Source: a virus
Taxonomy: Duplodnaviria > Caudoviricetes
Reading direction: 5' to 3' (one strand)
DNA length: 51,402 nucleotides
Virus record (IMG/VR): IMGVR_UViG_3300012096_000008
Span: 1-51,402 of that record
Below, piece after piece: positions 6,718 through 17,100 of this stretch. The notes beneath the pieces were generated by a model. That model made no database searches, was not told the origin of the DNA, and saw only the letters and a program-made list of their open reading frames with translations. The translations under genes were made by a program, and so were the position numbers. Positions within the stretch are counted from its first letter, which is position 1. Every line of letters starts with the position of its first letter.

Positions 6718-7047
6718 ATGAGTAAGTACAGCGAATTGCTGGCTATTATGGAGTTCGCCAAGAATACCAGCAAGGATAAAGAACCTAAACGTTGGCGTAA
6801 GAAGAAGGAACCTGACTTCATAAATCAGTTAGTAGACTATCAGGATAAGGTAGAGAAGTTTAACAAATGGTTGAAGACGCAGGAGAAAGAAGATAAGAAG
6901 AAAGATCACAGTCTATTTAAGGATTGGACTGTAGGACAGAAGACCGCTTTCTTTACTATACTCGGGCCACCAATGGGTATAGCTTACATATTCTGTATCG
7001 TCTTATTGGTACGAGGCTTGGCTACATTCGTAGTAGGAGGTCATTGA
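6718..7047 (+). CDS. hypothetical protein with C-terminal transmembrane helix
   Basis: AAGGAG RBS, Lys-rich coil followed by a hydrophobic segment. Confidence 0.8.
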   Translation: MSKYSELLAIMEFAKNTSKDKEPKRWRKKKEPDFINQLVDYQDKVEKFNKWLKTQEKEDKKKDHSLFKDWTVGQKTAFFTILGPPMGIAYIFCIVLLVRGLATFVVGGH

Positions 7048-7259
7048 TGTCAACGCAAAGAGAACGTTGGGAAAGTTGGACTGCGCCTGAATCTCTTGAA
7101 GACTGCGTTAAGCTGTTCTTCGAAATTCTTGACATCACTGAAACATCAGACAGTGGAGTAGATTTTAAACCTAACTGTATTAGGAGTTGTCGTGTATGGG
7201 ACACTCACCGTCTCGAAAGAATTATCATTAAAATGAAAGAGTTAGCTATACGTGTCTAA
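7047..7259 (+). CDS. hypothetical protein (MSTQRERW...)
   Basis: TGATG coupling to the upstream stop. The track start at 6924 is probably too long. Confidence 0.65.
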   Translation: MSTQRERWESWTAPESLEDCVKLFFEILDITETSDSGVDFKPNCIRSCRVWDTHRLERIIIKMKELAIRV

Positions 7260-8115
7260 TATACAAACATTAATACCAGATATATACAAACTAGTAGGAG
7301 GCCAAGATAACTGGCTCAGAGAAGATATTGCAACCCAATTTACGGCTGAACTCACTCTTAAACTCCAAGAATCCCTCGGAGAAAGAGCAAGCCCTACTCT
7401 TCGTCTCTCAGGTATGGGCTTACGCTGCCCGTGTAGCCTGTGGCACTCGATACATACCCCACTGGATGCAGAGCCACTCCCACCTTGGGCCAGAATCAAA
7501 TACACTTACGGACACATACTTGAAAGCCTTGTGATCGCCATGGCTAAGGCAGCCGGGCATGAAGTAACAGGAGAACAAGATGCTGTATCTGTTGATGGGA
7601 TCGTCGGCCATAGAGATTGTGTCATTGACGGGTGTATCGTTGATGTTAAATCTACTACTAGCCGTGGCTTCATCAAGTTCAAAGAAGGTTCAATCGCATC
7701 CGATGATACTTTTGGTTACTTGGATCAACTTGATGGGTATCTTGTGGGCTCCCTTCACGACCCACTTGTTCGGGATAAATATCGGGCTTACTTATTAGCA
7801 ATAGATAAACAATTAGGACATATGTGTTTATATGAGCATACTGCGCGCGAGAAAAGCATTAGAGAAAGAATTCGAGATTATAGAGATGTCGTCGCTCTTG
7901 ATAGAGCTCCGCCATGCACTTGCGAAGAAGTTCCCGAAGGAAAATCCGGAAACATTAGACTGGGCGTTAGAGCAAGCTATAATGCGTTTAAGTACCAGTG
8001 TCACCCACAGCTTCGAACCTTCCTCTATTCAACTGGACCAGTCTACTTAACTAAAGTGGTGAGGAAGCCTGATGTAATAGAGATAGATAGATATGGTAAG
8101 ATAGTTTACAATTAG
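7252..8115 (+). CDS. PD-(D/E)XK (Cas4-like) exonuclease
   Basis: LRLS.MG..C, YGH..E, GHRDCVIDG..VDVKS and Q...Y motifs typical of SIO1-like phage exonucleases. Confidence 0.85.
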   Translation: MSNIQTLIPDIYKLVGGQDNWLREDIATQFTAELTLKLQESLGERASPTLRLSGMGLRCPCSLWHSIHTPLDAEPLPPWARIKYTYGHILESLVIAMAKAAGHEVTGEQDAVSVDGIVGHRDCVIDGCIVDVKSTTSRGFIKFKEGSIASDDTFGYLDQLDGYLVGSLHDPLVRDKYRAYLLAIDKQLGHMCLYEHTAREKSIRERIRDYRDVVALDRAPPCTCEEVPEGKSGNIRLGVRASYNAFKYQCHPQLRTFLYSTGPVYLTKVVRKPDVIEIDRYGKIVYN

Positions 8116-8212
8116 TATTTACTTTTACCTCAAAATATGATACCCTAGTATCTTCTTTCCTTTAGCCCACTACGGTGGGGGTTTCCTTTCTTACTTTGAT
8201 ATACACACCAGC

Positions 8213-8545
8213 ATGACTAGAAATAAGTTTGAGGCTAGAATCTATGCCAGCCTCAAAGCCAAGAAGATTAGGTTTAAATATGAGTCCGAGAAAATCCCCT
8301 ACCTTATCTCAGGACACTACACTCCTGATTTCATTGTCACCACACGTAGCGGAAAGATTTATGTTGAGACTAAGGGCCACTTTAGACCTGAAGCTAAGCG
8401 AAAGATGGTTGCGGTCAAGAAGCTTAACCCCAAACTTGATATCAGAATACTCTTCTACTCATACAATAAATCTAATGAGAAGTGGTGCATCAAGAATGGT
8501 TTTCCCTTTGCTATAGGAGATATACCGGAGGATTGGTTAAGCTGA
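8213..8545 (+). CDS. endonuclease I / Holliday junction resolvase (T7 gp3-like)
   Basis: R..FE, YE, YTPDF, ETKG, DIR..F and WC.KNGF motifs. Confidence 0.92.
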   Translation: MTRNKFEARIYASLKAKKIRFKYESEKIPYLISGHYTPDFIVTTRSGKIYVETKGHFRPEAKRKMVAVKKLNPKLDIRILFYSYNKSNEKWCIKNGFPFAIGDIPEDWLS

Positions 8546-8691
8546 CTATCTATGCTACTCTATTGGAAGTATATACCTTGGAAGAAATACTTGAACTAAA
8601 CGATAAGACTGAAGAAGATTGCTTAGAGTTTCTAGTTGAAGAGAAGTTTGTAGATCTACCTAAAATCAAACCACTAGACTTCGATGATTAA
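8482..8691 (+). CDS. small acidic hypothetical protein
   Basis: ORF with Y.LEEILE.ND composition. The true start is probably later (near TTG 8533). Confidence 0.6.
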   Translation: MVHQEWFSLCYRRYTGGLVKLTIYATLLEVYTLEEILELNDKTEEDCLEFLVEEKFVDLPKIKPLDFDD

Positions 8692-8848
8692 ACATCCACA
8701 CACACGAGCCGAAAGGCTACGTCTTAAATATTTAAAGGACACCTTTGATAATAAATCAGGAGATCGCGCAGCCCGTAGAATACGGAGGGAAGCGATCAAG
8801 GCAAAGGAACTCGAAGATGAGCTTAGGCAGCAAGTACTTGGCTCGTAA
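8684..8848 (+). CDS. small basic hypothetical protein (54 aa)
   Basis: Translated by hand (MIKHPHTRAERLRLK...QVLGS). It overlaps both neighbours. Confidence 0.55.
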   Translation: MIKHPHTRAERLRLKYLKDTFDNKSGDRAARRIRREAIKAKELEDELRQQVLGS

Positions 8849-9056
8849 GAGAAAGCAATCATCTCAGCCGATTAAGTCTGAGATATCCTTGGGTAACCTG
8901 AGTGGTGGTATTGTTCCGTTACTTCACACTCTAAATGTAATCCAACCCAGAGATGAGATCATTGAAATAGATTTCGACTGGCACAACATCAAGGACGATA
9001 TCTGTCCTATAACAATCTATGTGAGAAAGGAGAAGTCTAAGACCAATGAAGGCTAG
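8817..9056 (+). CDS. hypothetical protein
   Basis: ATG at 8817 after AAGGA, within track ORF 8745..9056. Confidence 0.6.
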   Translation: MSLGSKYLARKRKQSSQPIKSEISLGNLSGGIVPLLHTLNVIQPRDEIIEIDFDWHNIKDDICPITIYVRKEKSKTNEG

Positions 9057-9282
9057 AAACTACCCCGCGGAGACTGCCTATGAAGACCGTCCTGCTCAAG
9101 TTCAAAGAAGAGAAGCTCGTAATAGAGCCAGACTCAAGGCAGCCAAAGCAGGTAAAGTACGCAAAGGAGACCAACTCGAAGTTGACCACCTTGGATACCA
9201 TAGGACTGGCAGCCTTGCTCACGTGCGGACTGCTGTTGTCTCTCAGCATGCGAATAGAATTAGACAACCGAAACGACATTGA
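9046..9282 (+). CDS. small HNH-like protein
   Basis: RNY..E, R..RNRAR, G.V.KGD..EVDH and S.HANR pattern of the small phage HNH family. AGGAG RBS. Confidence 0.7.
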   Translation: MKARNYPAETAYEDRPAQVQRREARNRARLKAAKAGKVRKGDQLEVDHLGYHRTGSLAHVRTAVVSQHANRIRQPKRH

Positions 9283-9340
9283 TGCTTGATTTCATCCTGA
9301 AATCAGCTTTAGGCTATTACAGCCCAACAAAGGAAACAAC

Positions 9341-9490
9341 ATGAATGAAGTTACCCACGTGGCTGACCAGGCTCTGGAAGCCGAGAAGTACGTCCTCATC
9401 ATTGACCCGGAGACAGGTGAAGAAATCAAGGTCCAGCGTCTCGACGAGTTCTCCCAAGAAACCGAGGGTGATGAAACGACGATCCACTAA
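9341..9490 (+). CDS. small acidic protein (49 aa)
   Basis: AAGGA RBS, MNEVTHVADQ...EGDETTIH. Confidence 0.6.
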   Translation: MNEVTHVADQALEAEKYVLIIDPETGEEIKVQRLDEFSQETEGDETTIH

Positions 9491-9626
9491 CATCCCGCCA
9501 TGGGAAGAATGTGACTTCTAATAGATGTCAACAGACATCAACTCCAGGGGTTCCACACGCCTTGGCTCCTGGTAAACTTAGGGAGGGTTGCTGCAAAACT
9601 CCCTCCCTATTCTTTTGAGGTATACT

Positions 9627-10277
9627 ATGTTTAAATGGACTAAAGATTGGGAATGTGAATACTTAGCACCTACTACCTGCACGTCTACTGAGGTGCCGTG
9701 CATCGAACATTCGGTATGGACTCTCCATTCTGATGGAAGGTACTATTCGGATCAAAAAGAAGAAGGGAATAATCCCATGTTTGCCCATGAATGTGTTGCC
9801 TATGACCAGTCCCAGTCTTTGAAACCTAAGAATGCTTCGGGTGCTGGCGCAGTTGCGTCAGTAGTCCTTAGTGCTGCTCCTGATACAGAACAGGGTCAGC
9901 GTAAGTATCTCGAATCTCGTGCTCGCGATGTGATGTATATCAAGCGCGATGAGATTATCAAGATCTTCTTCATCGAAGAGCCGGAAGGTCCGAAGACTGC
10001 TAAGGAATTGAAACAGCGTCTGGCCAAGGGCCTCTACACCGTCGCTATTCCTAAGGATATTGATGATGACGAAGATGAAGATTTCGGCTACTTCCATTGG
10101 CGTGATGCCTTCTCTTGGCGTACGCCTGATACCCAGCCCGACAGGAAAGGCTATAAGATTGCCCAGGATGCACTCCAGAAGTTCTACGTAGAACAGCTGG
10201 ACATCATTAAGATAGTGTCCCCTGTTGAAGGTTTGGTTGCTCTGAAGGCTCTGCAGGATTGGAAGCCTAAGAAGTAA
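9627..10277 (+). CDS. hypothetical protein
   Basis: GAGG RBS before ATG 9627 within track ORF 9588..10277. It is the last gene of the + arm. Confidence 0.75.
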   Translation: MFKWTKDWECEYLAPTTCTSTEVPCIEHSVWTLHSDGRYYSDQKEEGNNPMFAHECVAYDQSQSLKPKNASGAGAVASVVLSAAPDTEQGQRKYLESRARDVMYIKRDEIIKIFFIEEPEGPKTAKELKQRLAKGLYTVAIPKDIDDDEDEDFGYFHWRDAFSWRTPDTQPDRKGYKIAQDALQKFYVEQLDIIKIVSPVEGLVALKALQDWKPKK

Positions 10278-10341
10278 TGTAGAGTTTGGTTCCATGTCTG
10301 TCACGACTATGGATTAAATCACAGTAGGTTGTGGTCCAAAG

Positions 10342-10380
10342 AAAAAACCCCGTAGGGATTGTTCCTTACGGGGTTTTTTT
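10342..10380. terminator. bidirectional intrinsic terminator between convergent arms
   Basis: AAAAAA-CCCCGTAGGG-attgtt-CCTTACGGGG-TTTTTTT. Confidence 0.92.
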
Positions 10381-10406
10381 GTGTCTTTTATCCTGTTATG
10401 ATAGGT

Positions 10407-12071
10407 TTAAGTACCTTCTTCAATGTCTGTACGTTGTTGACGTAGCTTCTTAAGCTTGGCTTTATCGAACTCAGTATGAGGATATTTCTTCATAAGCTCA
10501 TCAATCTGTCTGTGTATTGGTTCTAATTTATCTTGTCTTTCCCTAAGCCTTTTCCACGCAGCATCGATAGCATCATCAGCTTCTTTACTACCAATCATAT
10601 TAGGTTCCCTAACATTATAGGGTCTGTCTGGGTGACCCTCAGAGAAATTATCATTAGCTGCACGTCTAAAGTTCTCTACAGATTTAGAGATCTTTCCAGT
10701 TGAATCTCTTACACCGTAGGCAGTAGTCATAGTGACCTCATCAATAGGGATCTGATGCTGAGTAGCAATATCTTGGGTATACCACGGAGGACTATTACGA
10801 CGTTCTTGTTCAAGCATAAGCAAACGCGTGTCTGTATTCCTAGCCTCAGTCTCCCCAGCAAGTCTCATGTAATATTCATAGGCTGCTTTATCCGCAGCTG
10901 CATGATATTCATTATACTTCTGCGCCACCTGTTTTAAATACATAGCTCTAAGATTCTCTTCAGGGGTTAAAACTCCCCCAGCTTCAGCCTTCTCATAAAG
11001 TTTTTTAGCTTCAGGGACTAAAGCCCTTACAAAGGGAGTATATTTTAATTGATAATCTTTGCTTGCTTCCCCTGGATAACCTCCTTTAGCAAAGCCTTCT
11101 TCATCTTGAATAGCATGTTGTACTTCATGCATTAAAACCCCTTGATTAGTAGCATATTTGGGATTCATCCTTATAGTCTTATGACCTACACTCCACTCCG
11201 CCGCTCCATTGTAATAAGGATCTCTTATAACCCTAATATCCTGTAACTTAGGATAAGCCTTATATAATTCAGGATGATCTAGAACCCTAGGTAAAGCAGC
11301 GATATCTTCTCCAGTGAAACCATGACGAGCAGAATCAAACCATTGTCTATCGAAATTAGATTTACTATCGTCTATCTCGTAACGCCATCTATTATCAGCA
11401 CCACGAAAGAATCCTGTCTTCTGGAATATCTCATCAGGATGAGCAGCATTAGATTCTAGTACTTGAGCATGACCTAAGTCAGCCATCTTCTCCTTTATTC
11501 CAGCACTCTTAACACCAGCAAAGGAACCCAAAGTACCATCAGCCAACTTAGCAGCTACAGGAGCCGGAGCTCCTACCATAGTCATAGCTAAATCAGCAGT
11601 CTTTTGAATACCTTCCTCAGACATTGGATTTACTTCACCGGATTTAACATCTCCGGGAAAAGAGAAAATCTTTAGTGCACCCTTAATACTATCCATAAAA
11701 TTCTGCGGCAGATTCTTGACTGCTTCTTCTGATCCAGCAGCCATTCCACGCACAGCATTTAGTATGGATGCTCTGGCCGGTGTAGGAGTAAGGCCCTCTG
11801 ATTTAAACTCACCAGCGGGCTCCGTAGGGCTTCCTGGAGGCATTGTAGAAGAGGTGGTAGGATCATAATCCAGCTGTCTAAGAGGTTTATATTCAGCAGG
11901 ATTGAATCTATTCTGAAAGCTTCCTGCTAGTTCATTCTCCTTAATCTCAGCAGCATCTCTAGCTGGCTTATCCTGACCTACAGGTCTAATGCTAATGGCA
12001 TTCTCATGCATAGCTGTAGCATGAGCATACTCATCTTCATAATAGTTACCATCGCTAGTTCCAATAGGCAT
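10407..12071 (-). CDS. LPD23 plus zincin (HExxH) polyvalent-type protein
   Basis: TGFFRGADNRWRYEIDD, LDHPELYKAYP.L, LMHEVQHAIQ..EGFA.GG and Y.RLAGE.EAR motifs. Confidence 0.75.
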   Translation of the reverse strand: MPIGTSDGNYYEDEYAHATAMHENAISIRPVGQDKPARDAAEIKENELAGSFQNRFNPAEYKPLRQLDYDPTTSSTMPPGSPTEPAGEFKSEGLTPTPARASILNAVRGMAAGSEEAVKNLPQNFMDSIKGALKIFSFPGDVKSGEVNPMSEEGIQKTADLAMTMVGAPAPVAAKLADGTLGSFAGVKSAGIKEKMADLGHAQVLESNAAHPDEIFQKTGFFRGADNRWRYEIDDSKSNFDRQWFDSARHGFTGEDIAALPRVLDHPELYKAYPKLQDIRVIRDPYYNGAAEWSVGHKTIRMNPKYATNQGVLMHEVQHAIQDEEGFAKGGYPGEASKDYQLKYTPFVRALVPEAKKLYEKAEAGGVLTPEENLRAMYLKQVAQKYNEYHAAADKAAYEYYMRLAGETEARNTDTRLLMLEQERRNSPPWYTQDIATQHQIPIDEVTMTTAYGVRDSTGKISKSVENFRRAANDNFSEGHPDRPYNVREPNMIGSKEADDAIDAAWKRLRERQDKLEPIHRQIDELMKKYPHTEFDKAKLKKLRQQRTDIEEGT

Positions 12072-14179
12072 TATTTAGACACCGGAGGTTTGATTGTGCT
12101 ATCTATCGGGGGAATTCCCGGCTTCCTATTAGCATTCAAGAGAGCGTCCATCATCTTAGTGGGTATGCCTTCGACATTATTCCTGAAGTCAAAGCCACTA
12201 TGCGAAAGTACTCCAACAAGATAACTATTAATATCTCCACTGGCTGACTTCTCTACATGACCTAGATTCTTAAGACCTTCGTTGATCTTATCTATTACTG
12301 AAGTAACAGGGCGTGCATAAGTTTGTTGAACTTGAGACAAAGTACTATTATCCCTATTCAGTAACACAAACTGACCTTCTGTAGTATTCCAACCCATGTG
12401 GTAGCTTTGTAGATATCTTTGATCTTTAATCCTAGATAGATCTGCAATAGAATCTCTAGCTAAAATACCACCCCATGTTTTCTCAACCCAATTACGATAT
12501 TCAGTCTGAGTTTTCTGTGGTAGTTTAGCCATGAAGTCTGTAACCTTAGGATCAGTCATAGCTACAAAAGCTGTCTGACGATCTGCAGGATTGGGAAACT
12601 TATCCAAAGAACCAATATTCTTAAGATTGAATGCAAAGGTAGCTGCATTAATTTTACCTTGATCTTTAACCTCTGGATTAGCAATGACCTTAGCTACATC
12701 TACCATAGCCTTATAGACACCAGGATCGGAGATCTTCTTACTACGTGCATTATCCATGGCATCAGTCATAGTAGTGGGAGTAGGATTAGGTTGACCTAAG
12801 GCTTCCTTCTTCATACCGCCTACATAGTCAGAGTACTTCTTATCGAAGCCACCGACAATAGCATCCTGTAATAGGATAGCACCAGTCTGAGGACCGACAG
12901 CAGTAGTAACTGCCTGCATCTTCCTAGTCATCTCACCTACAGTTTCATCGGCATACAACTCATTAGTAGCTTTATTCTGGATGGCAGTATTCTGATTGAG
13001 AGTAAAGTAGACCCCCATATAATCTTTATCTTTTACCCGCTGAATGATATTATCATAGAGACTAAGTTGTTCATTGATCTCATTCTTTAGATTACTAAGA
13101 CCTCCGACATTACTGGCATAAGAATTGCCTTTCTCATCTCTACGTAAAGCAATAGATCTTAAGTGCGCAGCTGCAGCATCTCGTTGTGTAGCTAGGTTAG
13201 TCAACCACATTCTATTCTGTTCTTCACCCATTTGAGGTATCTGACCAGTAGCTTGACCCTGGAAATAATCAGATAGCTCTTTGGGTGTTTGTACATCAGT
13301 AGCCATTCGTTGAATATTGAAGGCATTGTCAATAGCTCCCCCGGCTTCTTTAGAAAAGTCCGCCTTAGTTCTCTGTACCGTTAATTCACCCTGACTCTTA
13401 GCTGCAGCTCTTTCTGCTTCAGCAGCCTTCTGATTAATTGTTAATGCAGACTGCTTAGCTACATAGTTTCTTAAACCTTCACTATCTATAGCGCCCCGGT
13501 CATACTTCTGTCTTATTAAATCCATGCCAGGAATACTATCAATGTATCTATCTATGAAAGCATGATCCTTATCTTGTACAGATTTACCAGCAGCTAAATT
13601 ACGATTAATATCTTGTAATAAGTTCTCATAGAAAGCATTGGCAGGGTTCTTACCACTGACCTTAGCAATCTGCTCATCAATAAAATCCTTGGAACCTGGA
13701 TATTGATTACGTAAATTCTTAGCTAGAGAGTTCAAAGCACCGGTGTATAGAGTATCATTAGCTTTACCAGCACCACCGTTCTGAGCCATAGCTGTACCTA
13801 GAGCCTGTGCTCTAGCAATACCTTGCTGTAGACCGCCGGGGATCTCTTGCGGAACTTCTTCAGCTAAGGTTGAACCGCTAATACCAGCAGAATGAAGTGA
13901 TTCAGGACTAGGTGCAACTCCACCTTGAGTTTGATTCCATACATTCTTTAAGGCTGCGGTATAATTATCTCTTAATCCTTCTACTCCAGTTCTAACCTTC
14001 TCCTTGATTATATCGGATTGTATCTCATTACCAAGACCTACAGCGCTGGTTAATCCTTCGCCTATAGTAGAAAGAGTCTTACCTAAAGAAGTATCAGACT
14101 CAGGTTGAGGTATAGTATGGGATACTCTAGTCCAATCTTGAGGATTTATCTGCGGAGGTTGAACGTCAAATGAGACCAT
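12071..14179 (-). CDS. probable internal virion (ejection) protein
   Basis: 702-aa helical protein in the block after the nozzle gene. Call is by synteny only. Confidence 0.6.
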   Translation of the reverse strand: MVSFDVQPPQINPQDWTRVSHTIPQPESDTSLGKTLSTIGEGLTSAVGLGNEIQSDIIKEKVRTGVEGLRDNYTAALKNVWNQTQGGVAPSPESLHSAGISGSTLAEEVPQEIPGGLQQGIARAQALGTAMAQNGGAGKANDTLYTGALNSLAKNLRNQYPGSKDFIDEQIAKVSGKNPANAFYENLLQDINRNLAAGKSVQDKDHAFIDRYIDSIPGMDLIRQKYDRGAIDSEGLRNYVAKQSALTINQKAAEAERAAAKSQGELTVQRTKADFSKEAGGAIDNAFNIQRMATDVQTPKELSDYFQGQATGQIPQMGEEQNRMWLTNLATQRDAAAAHLRSIALRRDEKGNSYASNVGGLSNLKNEINEQLSLYDNIIQRVKDKDYMGVYFTLNQNTAIQNKATNELYADETVGEMTRKMQAVTTAVGPQTGAILLQDAIVGGFDKKYSDYVGGMKKEALGQPNPTPTTMTDAMDNARSKKISDPGVYKAMVDVAKVIANPEVKDQGKINAATFAFNLKNIGSLDKFPNPADRQTAFVAMTDPKVTDFMAKLPQKTQTEYRNWVEKTWGGILARDSIADLSRIKDQRYLQSYHMGWNTTEGQFVLLNRDNSTLSQVQQTYARPVTSVIDKINEGLKNLGHVEKSASGDINSYLVGVLSHSGFDFRNNVEGIPTKMMDALLNANRKPGIPPIDSTIKPPVSK

Positions 14180-17100
14180 TATTGGGTGCCTTGTGTCTGT
14201 TGTAATTGTTTAGTTCGAACGAAAGCATCCTTACGTCTTTCTCTTACGTCTGTTGGAATATCTCTGCCTAAGTAGAAGTCATAATTAGACCGATCAATAG
14301 AATCTCCCTTACTCTTAGCAGCCTGAGCTATAGCAGCTAATACTCTATCGTAAGTAAAGCCAGCTAGATGTAAAGTAGCAAAAGCATTCCTATGGTAAGT
14401 CTCAGCCTGTTGTGGATCATTAGCTTTAGCAGCCATATCAGCTCTATGCATATCTTCTATGAAACTCTTTAAAGCATCCTTCTGTAAGTCTTTCTCTTGC
14501 CTACGAATATCTCCCTTAAGCCAAGCATCAGTCTGTTCAGTAGGACCTAATCCAGTAGTAGCCATGAAGATAGCATTAGCCTTAGATACATCCATAACCG
14601 GAACATCATTGGTAGCTATCCACTTACCCATAGTGGTGCCAATGTATCCCTTTCTAAATTGATTAACAGAAGATATCTGTAGAGCAGGTTTAATCAGATC
14701 ATCAAAGGTAAACTTAAATCTCTTCTCTGCTGGATCTTGTCTAGCAAAGGATATCATAGATTTATACCAACCATCGAAACCGGAGAGGAACTTATAAAGG
14801 TTATCAAAACCCGCGCCACCTACTATTTGCATCCAAGTCTTATCTGATCTAAGTAAATCAGTAAGAGTGGTCATACCCTTAGTCCCCCACTTACCTCCTA
14901 CATCGTAGTTGTTACCCCCAGTAGCTTTATTTAAAAATAGAGCGGGCCAGCCTTCCATTATTGCTGTACTATACCAGTGTTCTCCGGGTATATAACCAAA
15001 GTTATCTAAAGCATACTTACGTGCCTTATCTCCTAAAGGGAGACCGGTAACGCCAACAGCACTAGGGATACCGTACATAGCTCCGTAAGTAGCCATAAGC
15101 CGAGCACGGGCTAGAGCACGATCCCCCGCTGTTGAACCAATCTCCTTACCAAAGAAGGTTTCACCAAGACGATAAGTATAGTTTAGGAACTGCATAGGCA
15201 GAGATAAAACTCCTTCATTCAACATTGAAGCAGAAGCTCTAGTCATGTTATTAGTTAAGATATTAGCGTGACGTAGAATCTGTTGTCTATCTAATTCAGT
15301 TAAAGCTTTAAAAGGATTATCTTCTCTGAAGTTTCTAAAGGCAGTATAGTATGCAGGGATACGGGCAGCCTTCTCACCCCAATTAAAGAACTGTCGACCA
15401 CCTCTACGAAACCCAGACATACCTTGAACTACAGAACTGTTATTAAAGACATTGTCTAAGTCAGCCATCTCACCACCTACGTTTAGGAAGCCAGAACGGA
15501 TTAGCTCTTGTCTACCTTCTAGAAATTCACCCGGACGCCAACGACTACTACCCAGAGTAAGCTTGGCCGCATCTATTTTAGTAGCATAATTATCTAAGGC
15601 TTTAAGTACCTCAGGAGTATTATTCACTGAAGCCCAACTGTGAAGTAGAGAAGCATAAGTACCTGCAGCGCCGGCTCTAGGCTCTAGAGCCACGGTTGTA
15701 GTCCAGCTATTGAATTGAGTTAGAATCTGGGGTAGAGAGTATAGTCCTAGTTTAAAATCATAAGCCATAGATCTAATGGCAGCCACAGGCTCTGCATGGT
15801 ATGGCAATAGCCAATGAGGAACTAATAGTGCACCACGCTTAAATGGATTAGCAGACTCATACATAGTATCCGCTATCTGCTGTGTTAATTGATACATAGT
15901 AGTGTCAAACTTACTAGGTAGACCTATGAATTCTCTAGCCTTATATCTATTAGATAGTAAATTAGACTTCTTCATTAAGTCTACACTATTCAATCCTGTA
16001 CTCCATTCTGGAGTTACGAAATTAGAGAATGGAGCTGACCTAAGTTCAGATTCTTTAGTCTTTAGATATGGAGCTGCTTCACGTAACCAATGCTCAACAG
16101 TATAGATCTTGTAATCGTCCATGAAAGTACTATTAACCATTCTATTGAATGATCTATTAAATGCAGCCATTGGGTCAACCATACTTGCAGGTTGATATTC
16201 GAAGTCAGGACGATCTGCTTTACCTCTAGCATTAATGGCATAGACACGATCTTCAGCACGTTCTCTATTATAATCTACCTGGAATTGTTTAGAAAGATCT
16301 CCGGAACGAGTACCATCTCGCCAAGTACCTGCATATTTAGTTTGTAAGTCTTTACCTACAGGTAGATCAGCTATCTGCATTCCTTTAGGAACTACTTCAA
16401 ACTTCTCTTTAGTGGAGTAACGAGGTAGTACAGTTTTTCCATTCTCATCTTTAGTAGCTTCGAAAAATCCTTTAAAATGATCCCACTCCATAGGAAGTTC
16501 ATGCTCTAGGAATTTAGCCTTAGCTTCATCCATTTTACGAGCATCCATCAACGCTACGACATCATTCATCCTACGAGCGAAGTCTCTGCCTTGCGCTCTA
16601 TTGTCTGCTAGTGCAAAGGTACGATCCCCCTCGTAGAGATGTTCTACCTTAGCACCACGTTTATCTGAAGCTACGCTACCCGGTTGAGTTGGAGTTATAA
16701 TAGGTTGTTTAATAGCATGATCATAATCAAAATCAAAATGGCCACCGGCACGACGATTGACATGTTCATACCCCAACTCTTTAGTTTCAATATTATTAGC
16801 GAAGACATAGACAACACGTTCATTACCTGCAATCTTACTGAAGTTTGCTAAAGGACGTTGTCCTGAAGCATAGACTTGAATTACTCTACCTTGACCTTTG
16901 CTGACTTGATCTGATAACTTCTCTCTAAGTTTAGTAGGTAAAGCATCAGTTCTATATATACGCTCATCCCCAGCCTTATCTCCTAGTACTAGTATATTTT
17001 CACTACCACCGGGGAGAGACTTACGATCTACACCATCTACGAAGCCAGAATTTATCTTAGTATTATTAGGACCATCAAACCAGAACTGATGTTGTTCTAC

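Noticed and set aside
5539-6821. Minus-strand ORFs 5539..5727 and 6552..6821
   Set aside because: Antisense to the + arm, with no RBS and no protein-like features. Likely chance ORFs in GC-richer structured sequence.
7252-8115. CRISPR-Cas locus suggested by a Cas4-like nuclease
   Set aside because: No repeat-spacer array or other cas genes. This is the usual phage replication exonuclease.
9046-9282. Mobile homing endonuclease or intron
   Set aside because: Only 78 aa, free-standing, and no interrupted gene nearby. It fits the small phage HNH-like family.
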